A DNA stretch of 64,000 nucleotides from an uncultured delta proteobacterium (GTDB lineage: Bacteria; Desulfobacterota; Binatia; Binatales; Binataceae), in assembly GCA_963850125.1 (NCBI GenBank), contig CAWKKB010000011.1:92993-156992 (forward strand). The letters run 5' to 3'. This document shows, one piece after another, positions 36,716 to 44,790 of this stretch. The position numbers and the translations under genes were made by a program. The notes under the pieces are model-generated. The model was given only the letters and a program-made list of their open reading frames with translations, had not been told where the DNA came from and made no database searches. Each line of letters opens with the position of its first letter. Position 1 is the stretch's first letter.

Positions 36716-37621
36716 ATGGAGGTCGGCGTGGCACGCGCATTCGACATCAAACCTCTCGACGCGACTTTCGGCGCTGTCGTGACGGGCATCAAGCTCGCCG
36801 CGATCGACGACGTGACGTGGCACGACCTCTACGCGGCATGGTTGGAGTACGCGCTTCTCATCTTCCCCGGTCAGCATCTCAGTCGCGACGAGCAGGTTGC
36901 CTTCGCCCGGCGATTCGGACCGCTGGAGTTCAACCTGGCGGCGCTCAGCAACGTGAATGCCGACGGCACGCTCATCGTCGACCCGGACAACGACGTCCTG
37001 AAGGTGCTCAAGGGCAACATGGGATGGCATTGCGACAGCACCTACATGCCGGTTCAGGCCAAGGGCGCCGTGTTCACCGCCGAGATTGTGCCGAACTCCG
37101 GCGGCGCGACCGGCTGGGCTGACATGCGGGCCGGATACGATGCGCTCGATGACAATCTGCGCGCGAAGGTCGAGAGCCTCACCGCACACCATTCGCTTTA
37201 CTACAGCCAGTCGAAGCTAGGGCATAAGCCGAAGGCCGGCAGCGCGTATAGCGGCTACGGCTTTCACGACGGCCCCGTTCCCTTGCGTCCGTTGGTGAAG
37301 GTTCATCCCGAGACGGGCAGAAAGTCGCTGGTGATCGGCCGCCACGCGCATAATATTCCGAACGTGGACCAGGCAGAGTCCGAGCGGTTTCTGCAGGAGT
37401 TGGTGGATTTCGCATGTCGCCCGCCGCGCGTCTATCATCATAAGTGGACGGCCGGGGACGCTGTGGTGTGGGACAATCGCTGCCTGCTTCATCAGGCCAC
37501 GCCGTGGGACATGACCAAGCCTCGGATAATGTGGCACAGCCGTATTGCCGGTGACCCCGTGAGCGAGGTCGCTATAAATTATCCCGCTGCCCAACATGTC
37601 GAGGGCAAATCTCTCGCCTAA
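36716..37621 (+). CDS. TauD/TfdA-family Fe(II)/2-oxoglutarate dioxygenase
   Basis: FDIKPLDATFGAVVTGIKL start, HCDSTY (HxD facial triad), C-terminal WDNRCLLH. Start is ambiguous: ATG 36665, ATG 36716, or GTG 36728, the last with GGAGG 5 nt upstream. Confidence 0.85.
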   Translation: MEVGVARAFDIKPLDATFGAVVTGIKLAAIDDVTWHDLYAAWLEYALLIFPGQHLSRDEQVAFARRFGPLEFNLAALSNVNADGTLIVDPDNDVLKVLKGNMGWHCDSTYMPVQAKGAVFTAEIVPNSGGATGWADMRAGYDALDDNLRAKVESLTAHHSLYYSQSKLGHKPKAGSAYSGYGFHDGPVPLRPLVKVHPETGRKSLVIGRHAHNIPNVDQAESERFLQELVDFACRPPRVYHHKWTAGDAVVWDNRCLLHQATPWDMTKPRIMWHSRIAGDPVSEVAINYPAAQHVEGKSLA

Positions 37622-37642
37622 CGGCCCGAAAAGGAGTGAACG

Positions 37643-39349
37643 ATGTACGACCTGATTATCCGTAACGGCACGATCGTCGATGGAAGCGGGATGCCACGAT
37701 ACAAGGGCGATGTCGGGATTGAAGGCGGCAAGATCGCTGCGATCGGGAAAATCCGCGAGAGCGCGCGCGAGACCATCGACGCGGACGGGCACATCGTGTC
37801 GCCCGGCCTGGTCGATGCGCACACGCACATGGATGCCCAGGTTTTCTGGGACGCGTTGGGGACCTGCTCGTGCTGGCATGGCGTCACCTCAGTGGTGATG
37901 GGCAACTGCGGATTCTCGCTCGCGCCGTGCGGCGAGAAAGACAAATTGCTCGTCATGCGAAATCTGGAACGCGCCGAGGATATCTCGCCGGAAGCGATGC
38001 AGGCGGGAATCAAATGGTCCTGGACGACCTTCGCGCAATATCTCGACGCGGTCGATCGGCTGCCTAAAGGCATCAACTACGCCGCTTACATGGGGCATTC
38101 TGCCCTCCGCACCTACGTGATGGGCGAGCGCGCGTTCGACGAAGAAGCGACGACCGAGGACCTTCAGCTGATGCGGGAGGAATTGCGCGCCGGCGTTCGA
38201 GCAGGCGCGATCGGATTCACAACCTCGCGCACCAGCAATCATCAGACGCCCGACGGCCGGCCGGTAGCGAGCAGAATCGCGAACTGGAACGAAGTGCGGC
38301 AACTGGTTGGAGTGATGGGCGAGTTGGGCGCCGGAATTTTCGAGATCGCGGGTGAAGACACCGGCGCCGAAGGTCCACGCGTCGATGACTATCTCGGCCG
38401 CTTGAAGGCGCTCGCGGTCGAAAGCTCAGTGCCGGTGACATTCGGGATGTTCAGCTCGCGTCGTGCGCCGAACTATTGGCGCCGATATTTCGCGACCGCG
38501 GACGAGACTGCAGCCGCCGGCGGGCGCATGTTCGTCCAGGTCCACAGCCGCTCACTCAACGTGTTGCTGTCGTTCGAAACCAACATGCCGTTCGATCGAA
38601 TTCCGGCGTGGCGCGAGATTCGCAAACTGCCGCTGGCAGAACAGGAAGCCGCGCTGCGCAATCCGGAGACCCGGCGCAAGCTGGTGCAAGCTGCCAGCGA
38701 GCGATCGCGTAGCGAAGAGCGCGCGGTTGGTGCGGAAGCGCGCGGCGCGAACTACAACTGGATCTTCCCGCTCGATCGGCCGACGCCGCCGTATCGATCG
38801 ATCGCCGAGATCGCGGCCGCGGAAGGCAAAGATCCAGTCGATGTCATGATCGATCTTGCGCTGGAGAAAAATCTCAAGAAATTTTTTCTCCAAACTCTGG
38901 TCAACGAGAACCAGGATCACGTTCTGGAGATGATGAAGCATCCGCGGTCCGTGGTGACGTTCTCCGATTCGGGCGCCCACGTCTCGCAGATCATGGACTC
39001 GTCGTTGCAAACCCACGTCCTGAGTCATTGGGTGCGGGAGAAGGAAGCGCTAACTCTCGAGCAGGCAATCCGGCTGCTCAGCTTCGTCCCGGCCTATCAC
39101 TGGGGTTTGAAAGGACGTGGATTGCTCCGCGAAGGTAACTTTGCCGACGTGATCGTTTTCGATCCGGACCGGATCAACCCGCAGTTGCCGGAACTGACCT
39201 ACGACCTGCCCGCGGGCGCGCGGCGGCTGAAGCAGAAGGCCGACGGATTGCTCGCGACCGTCGTCAACGGCCAAGTCGTCCTGCGGAAGAACGAGCATAC
39301 GGGAGCGTTGCCCGGCAAGTTACTACGCGGCCCAATGGCGCCAGCGTAA
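37643..39349 (+). CDS. N-acyl-D-amino-acid deacylase (D-aminoacylase) family amidohydrolase
   Basis: 568 aa. MYDLIIRNGTIVDGSG...DADGHIVSPGLVDAHTHMD, C-terminal ADVIVFDPD. RBS AAGGAG. Confidence 0.85.
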   Translation: MYDLIIRNGTIVDGSGMPRYKGDVGIEGGKIAAIGKIRESARETIDADGHIVSPGLVDAHTHMDAQVFWDALGTCSCWHGVTSVVMGNCGFSLAPCGEKDKLLVMRNLERAEDISPEAMQAGIKWSWTTFAQYLDAVDRLPKGINYAAYMGHSALRTYVMGERAFDEEATTEDLQLMREELRAGVRAGAIGFTTSRTSNHQTPDGRPVASRIANWNEVRQLVGVMGELGAGIFEIAGEDTGAEGPRVDDYLGRLKALAVESSVPVTFGMFSSRRAPNYWRRYFATADETAAAGGRMFVQVHSRSLNVLLSFETNMPFDRIPAWREIRKLPLAEQEAALRNPETRRKLVQAASERSRSEERAVGAEARGANYNWIFPLDRPTPPYRSIAEIAAAEGKDPVDVMIDLALEKNLKKFFLQTLVNENQDHVLEMMKHPRSVVTFSDSGAHVSQIMDSSLQTHVLSHWVREKEALTLEQAIRLLSFVPAYHWGLKGRGLLREGNFADVIVFDPDRINPQLPELTYDLPAGARRLKQKADGLLATVVNGQVVLRKNEHTGALPGKLLRGPMAPA

Positions 39350-39380
39350 GCTGGCTATCTGGTCGCATCATCGGATTCAT

Positions 39381-39400
39381 GGGGGCCGCTGAGGGCCCCC
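39381..39400 (+). terminator. GC-rich hairpin downstream of the D-aminoacylase gene
   Basis: GGGGGCC (39381-39387), 6-nt loop, GGCCCCC (39394-39400). Lies 32 nt after the stop. No U-tract follows, so it is not a canonical intrinsic terminator. Confidence 0.35.
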
Positions 39401-39707
39401 TCCTACCCAACCCTTCTTAATCGGGACTTGCGGCCATTCGCGTTCGCCGACAGGGTTCCCTACTCGCGGGCCTGCTTGCGATTGGCTTCTAGAGCCGGGG
39501 ACGCGCGATGGTTTGACTTTTTTGATTTTCTTTGAGATAGCGGAAGATACCGCGCATGGCACATTTGATGCGTCGAATCCTTCAGCGGAAAAACGGCAAC
39601 GATTAGCTTCGCCATAAGAAAGTAGAAACGAGTACCCTGTAAAAATTCGTTCATAACCTGCGACTGAGCGACCTGACCATCGCCCGTCGAACAAGGAGGT
39701 AACCTCG

Positions 39708-40754
39708 ATGCCGACCAACGGTAAGGACCCTGTGGTTCATATCCTTTGGATCAACGCGGGGCTTTCCTGTGACGGCGACTCGGTTGCGCTAACGGCGGCG
39801 ATGCAGCCGAGCGTCGAGGACATCGTGCTGGGCACCCTTCCGGGCCTGCCCAAAGTAGAAGTGCATTGGCCGCTGATCGCGTACGAGACCGGCCCCGTCG
39901 GTCATAAGACCGACGACTTCATCGAATGGTTCTTCAAGGGCGAGCGGGGCGAGATCGATCCGTTCGTCCTCGTCATCGAAGGGTCGATCCCGAACGAGGC
40001 GATCAAAAAAGAAGGCTACTGGTGTGGCTTTGGCAACAATCCCGCGACCGGCCAGCCAATGACCACCAGCGAATGGATCGATCGGCTGGCGCCCAAAGCC
40101 TTGCTCGTGCTGGCGGTGGGAACCTGCGCGACCTACGGCGGGATCCACGCGATGGCCGGCAACCCTACCGGCGCGATGGGCGTGCTCGACTACCTCGGTT
40201 GGGATTGGAAATCGGGAGCCGGCATACCGATAGTTTGCGTGCCAGGCTGTCCCATTCAACCCGACAACCTTTCCGAGACCATCCTATACCTGCTCTATCA
40301 GGCGACCGGGCAGGCGCCGATGATCCCGCTCGACGAGGAGCATCGGCCTCAATGGCTCTTTGGTCAGACCGTTCACGAGGGATGCGATCGCGCCGGATAC
40401 TATGAGGGTGGCGACTTCGCCGGCGAATACGGATCGCCAAAATGCATCGTCAAGCTCGGCTGCTGGGGCCCGGTGGTGAAGTGCAACGTGCCCAAGCGCG
40501 GATGGATGGGTGGGATCGGTGGATGTCCCAACGTCGGTGGGATCTGTATCGGCTGCACGATGCCCGGCTTTCCGGACAAGTTCATGCCGTTCATGGACGA
40601 GCCGCCGGGCGCGAAAGTATCCACCCGCATGTCGAACGTGCTTGGGACCGTGGTTCGATCGCTACGATCGTTCACCCTCAACACCCTCGAGGATGAGCCC
40701 AAATGGCGGACCCGCGGTAAGGAACTGAAGACCGGCTACCGTCCGCGATGGTAG
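39708..40754 (+). CDS. hhyS: [NiFe]-hydrogenase small subunit, group 1h (Hhy) type, no Tat signal
   Basis: 348 aa. Starts MPTNGKDPVVHILWINAGLSCDGDS with no twin-arginine leader. Proximal-cluster motif reads C-D-G-D instead of CxGC. Further Cys ligands GTCATYGG, VPGCP, HEGCDR, KCIVKLGCWGPVVKC, GGCPNVGGICIGC. RBS AAGGAGG. Confidence 0.9.
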   Translation: MPTNGKDPVVHILWINAGLSCDGDSVALTAAMQPSVEDIVLGTLPGLPKVEVHWPLIAYETGPVGHKTDDFIEWFFKGERGEIDPFVLVIEGSIPNEAIKKEGYWCGFGNNPATGQPMTTSEWIDRLAPKALLVLAVGTCATYGGIHAMAGNPTGAMGVLDYLGWDWKSGAGIPIVCVPGCPIQPDNLSETILYLLYQATGQAPMIPLDEEHRPQWLFGQTVHEGCDRAGYYEGGDFAGEYGSPKCIVKLGCWGPVVKCNVPKRGWMGGIGGCPNVGGICIGCTMPGFPDKFMPFMDEPPGAKVSTRMSNVLGTVVRSLRSFTLNTLEDEPKWRTRGKELKTGYRPRW

Positions 40755-40815
40755 TTGCGGCGCCAACCATCCTTTTAGTGCACCGGCAAGCTGACTAGCT
40801 CGAAGGAGAATTGAG

Positions 40816-42585
40816 ATGGCGACGAAGACGACCGATGGCCTGGTCGAAATGAATTGGGATCCTATCACCCGAATCGTCGGCAGCCTCGGAATTTATACCA
40901 AGATCGATTTTGGCAAGAAAAAGGTCGCGGAGTGTTATAGCACCTCGTCGATATTCCGCGGCTACAGCATCTTCATGAAGGGCAAGGATCCTCGCGACGC
41001 GCATTTCATCACGAGTCGCATCTGCGGAATCTGCGGCGACAATCACGCGACTTGCTCCTGCTATACCCAGAACATGGCGTACGGCGTGAAGCCGCCTCAT
41101 CTCGGCGAATGGATCGTGAACCTGGGCGAAGCGGCCGAGTACATGTTCGATCACAACATCTTCCAGGAAAACCTGGTGGCGGTGGATTTCTGCGAGCGCA
41201 TGGTGCGCGAAACCAACCCCGGCTTGTGGGAGAAGGCGGTCAAGGCCGAAGCGCCGGGAGCCGCGGCGCACGGCTATCGCACCATCGGCGACATCATGAA
41301 GGCCGTCAATCCGCTCGAGGGCGAGTTCTATCGCGAAGCCTTGCAGGTCAGCCGCTACACCCGCGAGATGTTCTGCCTGATGGAAGGCCGCCACGTGCAT
41401 CCCTCGACGCTCTACCCCGGCGGCGTCGGCACGGTGGCGACGATCCAGCTATTCACCGATTACCTGACGCGCCTGATGCGCTATGTCGAGTTCCTGAAGC
41501 GCGCGGTGCCGATGCACGACGACCTGTTCAATTTTTTCTACTCCGCCATGCCCGGGTATGAGGAGGTTGGAAAGCGTCGCATCCTGCTCAACTGCTGGGG
41601 CTCGTTTCAGGATCCCGAATACTGCAATTTCAACTATCGCGATATGACCGAGTGGGGACGCAAGATGTTCGTCACGCCCGGCATCGTGGTCGACGGCAAG
41701 CTGGTCACCAACGACCTGGTGAAAATCAATCTCGGGATCCGGATTTTGCTCGGTCATTCCTTCTACGAAGATTGGGCAGGTCAGGAAATGTTCGTCACCA
41801 AGGACCCGCTCGGCAACCCCGTCGATCAGCGGCATCCGTGGAATCAGCACACAATTCCCAAGCCGCAGAAACGGGATTTCGACGGCAAATACACCTGGGT
41901 CATGTCGCCGCGATGGTTCGACGGCAAGGATCATCTCGCGCTGGACACCGGCGGCGGACCGATTGCGCGTCTGTGGTCGACGGCGCTTTCGGGCCTGGTA
42001 AACAACGACTACGTCAAGGCGACAGGCAACAGCGTCCAGATCAATCTGCCCAAGAGCGCGACCAAAGGTCCCGTCACGTTCGAGTGGAAGATTCCCAAGT
42101 GGTCCAACACTATCGAGCGCGACCGCGCCCGAACTTACTTCCAGGCTTACGCCTGTGCCTGCGCGCTCCATTTCACCGAGAAGGCGCTGGCCGAAGTGCG
42201 CGCGGGTCACACCAAGACCTGGGAACAATTCAAAGTGCCCGACGAAGGTATCGGCTGCGGCTTCACGGAGGCGGTGCGCGGAGTGCTGTCGCATCACATG
42301 GTGATCCGCGGCGGCAAAATCGCGAACTATCATCCGTATCCGCCGACACCGTGGAACGCGAATCCGCGCGATATATATGGAACTCCGGGACCTTACGAAG
42401 ACGCGGTGCAGAACACTCCGATCTTCGAGGAGAACGGCCCTGACAAGTTCAAGGGCATCGACATCATGCGCACCGTCCGCAGCTTCGATCCGTGCCTGCC
42501 GTGCGGGGTTCACATGTACGTCGGCAAGGGAAAGGTGCTCAAGAAAATCCACTCGCCCACGATGATGAATACGGTGGACGACTGA
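40816..42585 (+). CDS. hhyL: [NiFe]-hydrogenase large subunit, group 1h (Hhy) type
   Basis: 589 aa. L1 motif TSRICGICGDNH (Cys70/Cys73) and L2 motif SFDPCLPCGVH (Cys560/Cys563/His566), followed by a 23-aa C-terminal extension expected to be removed by the endopeptidase. RBS AAGGAG. Confidence 0.93.
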   Translation: MATKTTDGLVEMNWDPITRIVGSLGIYTKIDFGKKKVAECYSTSSIFRGYSIFMKGKDPRDAHFITSRICGICGDNHATCSCYTQNMAYGVKPPHLGEWIVNLGEAAEYMFDHNIFQENLVAVDFCERMVRETNPGLWEKAVKAEAPGAAAHGYRTIGDIMKAVNPLEGEFYREALQVSRYTREMFCLMEGRHVHPSTLYPGGVGTVATIQLFTDYLTRLMRYVEFLKRAVPMHDDLFNFFYSAMPGYEEVGKRRILLNCWGSFQDPEYCNFNYRDMTEWGRKMFVTPGIVVDGKLVTNDLVKINLGIRILLGHSFYEDWAGQEMFVTKDPLGNPVDQRHPWNQHTIPKPQKRDFDGKYTWVMSPRWFDGKDHLALDTGGGPIARLWSTALSGLVNNDYVKATGNSVQINLPKSATKGPVTFEWKIPKWSNTIERDRARTYFQAYACACALHFTEKALAEVRAGHTKTWEQFKVPDEGIGCGFTEAVRGVLSHHMVIRGGKIANYHPYPPTPWNANPRDIYGTPGPYEDAVQNTPIFEENGPDKFKGIDIMRTVRSFDPCLPCGVHMYVGKGKVLKKIHSPTMMNTVDD

Positions 42586-42587
42586 TT

Positions 42588-43469
42588 GTGGGTTCCGGAG
42601 ACCAGGGAAAGCTGCGCGAACTCGGCGAACGAATCGAGCCGCTGCTCGAGGAAGTTCGCTCGATGGCGAGCCCGCCGGTCTGGGAACGGGTCGAGGAAAT
42701 CGTCCGCTCGGTAGTCCAGCTTTACGGCGAAGGTCTCAAACGGATCGACCAGATCGCGGGCGCAGACGGCGCCGCGGGAGAGCGTTTGCGCTCGCAACTT
42801 GCCGCCGACGAGCTGGTCTCGAGCCTTCTGATACTGCACGGGCTGCATCCCAAGGACTTCGAAACCCGCGTGCGCGAGGCGCTTGAGCGGGTGCGGCCTT
42901 ACCTGGGCTCGCACGGCGGCGACGTCGAAATCATACAACTCGACGCGGACACCGGACTGGTGCGGCTGCGCATGAAAGGCAGCTGCGACGGATGCCCGTC
43001 ATCGCTGCTCACCGTCAAGCTCGCGGTCGAAGGCGCGATTAAGGAGTCGGCGCCCGAGGTGTCGAAGATCGAAGTCGAAGGCATCACCGATCCGGGCCTG
43101 GCCGCCGCCCTCAAATCTTCACGCGATCAATCAGTCGACATCGAACCGACCTGGGTTTCGATCGGCGACCAAAACGGATTTCCCGACAGCCATCTGATTT
43201 CATCCGAGGCGATGGGCTCGCGAATCGTGCTCTGCCGCGTCGAGGGACGCCTGTACGCCTACCGCGACGCTTGTCCCGCTTGCGGCTCGCCGATGGGCGG
43301 AGGCAACGTCAATGGCAGCCTGATGGTTTGTCCATCGTGCAACAAGAATTATGATCCGCGGCTCGCCGGCCGCTCGACCGAGAGTCGCGGATTGCATCTT
43401 GAACCAGTGCCGCTGCTCGAGGATTGCAACGGGGTGAGGGTCGCGATCGCTTCTCCGCTGATGAGTTGA
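42588..43469 (+). CDS. NifU-domain / Rieske-fold-like (Cys4) iron-sulfur protein, HhyE-like
   Basis: GTG at 42588 lies 2 nt after the hhyL stop; the ORF-track start 42492 would overlap hhyL. Central Nfu/NifU C-terminal-type domain (YLGSHGGDVEIIQLD...MKGSCDGCPSS). C-terminal domain VLCRVEGRLYAYRDACPACGSPMG...LMVCPSCNKNYD. Confidence 0.8.
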   Translation: MGSGDQGKLRELGERIEPLLEEVRSMASPPVWERVEEIVRSVVQLYGEGLKRIDQIAGADGAAGERLRSQLAADELVSSLLILHGLHPKDFETRVREALERVRPYLGSHGGDVEIIQLDADTGLVRLRMKGSCDGCPSSLLTVKLAVEGAIKESAPEVSKIEVEGITDPGLAAALKSSRDQSVDIEPTWVSIGDQNGFPDSHLISSEAMGSRIVLCRVEGRLYAYRDACPACGSPMGGGNVNGSLMVCPSCNKNYDPRLAGRSTESRGLHLEPVPLLEDCNGVRVAIASPLMS

Positions 43470-43481
43470 TGGGAGACCAGC

Positions 43482-44156
43482 ATGCCTAGCTACCGGAACG
43501 GCAGAATCATCCCGGCTGCGCCGAATGCGTTGAAACGCTTTCTTGAGCCCGGACTCAAGCGGCGCGCGGGCGAAGCCTGCGAGATGTGCGGACAGCCAAT
43601 AGTCGAGCAACATTCGCACGTCGTCAACGTCGAGAGCCGAACCCTCATGTGCACCTGCCGCGCGTGCTACCTGCTGTTCACGCACAGCGGAGCGGCGCAG
43701 GGAAAATATCGCGCGGTGCCGGATCGCGTCCTGAGTCTCAATTCGTTTCGTCTGAGCACGGCCGAGTGGGACGCGATGCAAATTCCGGTCGGGATGGCGT
43801 TCTTCTTCTACAACTCCAGCATGAAAAAGGTCACCGCCTTCTATCCGAGCCCGGCCGGCGCCACCGAATCGATGATCCCGCTCGAGGCATGGGAGGAACT
43901 CGTCACATCGAATCCGGTGCTCCGCGAACTGGCACCCGACGTCGAAGCGCTGCTGATATATCGGCGCAGAGGCGAGGACCGATTCCAAAGCTTCATCGTT
44001 CCAATCGACGCCTGCTACGAGTTGACGGGCAAAGTGCGTCGCTACTGGAAAGGATTCGACGGCGGAGAAGAAGTGTGGCGCGAGATCGAAGGATTTTTCT
44101 CCGCCTTGCGCGCGCGGTCACGCGATCATCGTGATGGGAGTTCGGCGGTTGAGTGA
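43482..44156 (+). CDS. Conserved hydrogenase-cluster protein of unknown function (DUF5947-like, from memory)
   Basis: 224 aa. Cys motif CEMCGQPIVEQHSH...LMCTCRACYLLF. RBS GGGAG. Confidence 0.7.
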   Translation: MPSYRNGRIIPAAPNALKRFLEPGLKRRAGEACEMCGQPIVEQHSHVVNVESRTLMCTCRACYLLFTHSGAAQGKYRAVPDRVLSLNSFRLSTAEWDAMQIPVGMAFFFYNSSMKKVTAFYPSPAGATESMIPLEAWEELVTSNPVLRELAPDVEALLIYRRRGEDRFQSFIVPIDACYELTGKVRRYWKGFDGGEEVWREIEGFFSALRARSRDHRDGSSAVE

Positions 44157-44790
44157 ATTGAACTTTCAGATCGTGGGCGCGCGTCCGGAGCGGCATGCCG
44201 CCGTGCCGACGCTCATGTTCGCGCTGAAAATCGAGGAGTCGACCGGTATCGACATCCACAATATCGTGCTGCGATGCCAGATACGGATCGAGCCGATCCG
44301 GCGTCAATACTCCCGCGAAGAAGAGGCGCGCCTGACCGAGTTGTTCGGCGAAACTCCGCGATGGGGCGACACGATGAAGCCGTTTCTGTGGACGCATCTG
44401 TCGGCCACGATTCCCGGCTTTCGCGGCAAGACCGAGGTCGAATTGCCGGTCGCCTGCACTTACGATTTTGAAATCGCCGCCGCCAAGTATCTTCACTCGC
44501 TCGAAAGCGGCGACATTGCGCTGCTGATGATGTTCAGCGGCAGCGTGTTCGAAAGAGGTGAACACGGAATGCAGGTCAGCCAGATTCCCTGGAGCAAGGA
44601 GGCGACTTACCGCCTCCCGGTGCAAGTCTGGCGTGAAATGATCGATCACTATTTTCCGAACAGCGGATGGCTCCGGCTCAATCGCGAGACGCTTTCGGAT
44701 CTGATGAAGTTCAAATCGCGCCGCGCGCTCGCTACCTGGGACGAAGTGATCGAGACTCTCCTGAGTGATTCGCGGGAGGTGCAGCCGTGA
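44134..44790 (+). CDS. Conserved hydrogenase-cluster protein of unknown function (DUF6084-like, from memory)
   Basis: About 218 aa. Overlaps the previous gene; start candidates are GTG 44131, ATG 44134, TTG 44149. LNFQIVGARPERHAAVPTLMFALKIEE... Confidence 0.7.
   Translation: MGVRRLSELNFQIVGARPERHAAVPTLMFALKIEESTGIDIHNIVLRCQIRIEPIRRQYSREEEARLTELFGETPRWGDTMKPFLWTHLSATIPGFRGKTEVELPVACTYDFEIAAAKYLHSLESGDIALLMMFSGSVFERGEHGMQVSQIPWSKEATYRLPVQVWREMIDHYFPNSGWLRLNRETLSDLMKFKSRRALATWDEVIETLLSDSREVQP

Noticed and set aside
42493-42513. Possibility of a [NiFeSe] enzyme or selenocysteine recoding in the large subunit
   Set aside because: The L2 motif reads DPCLPCGVH with ordinary Cys codons and no in-frame TGA.
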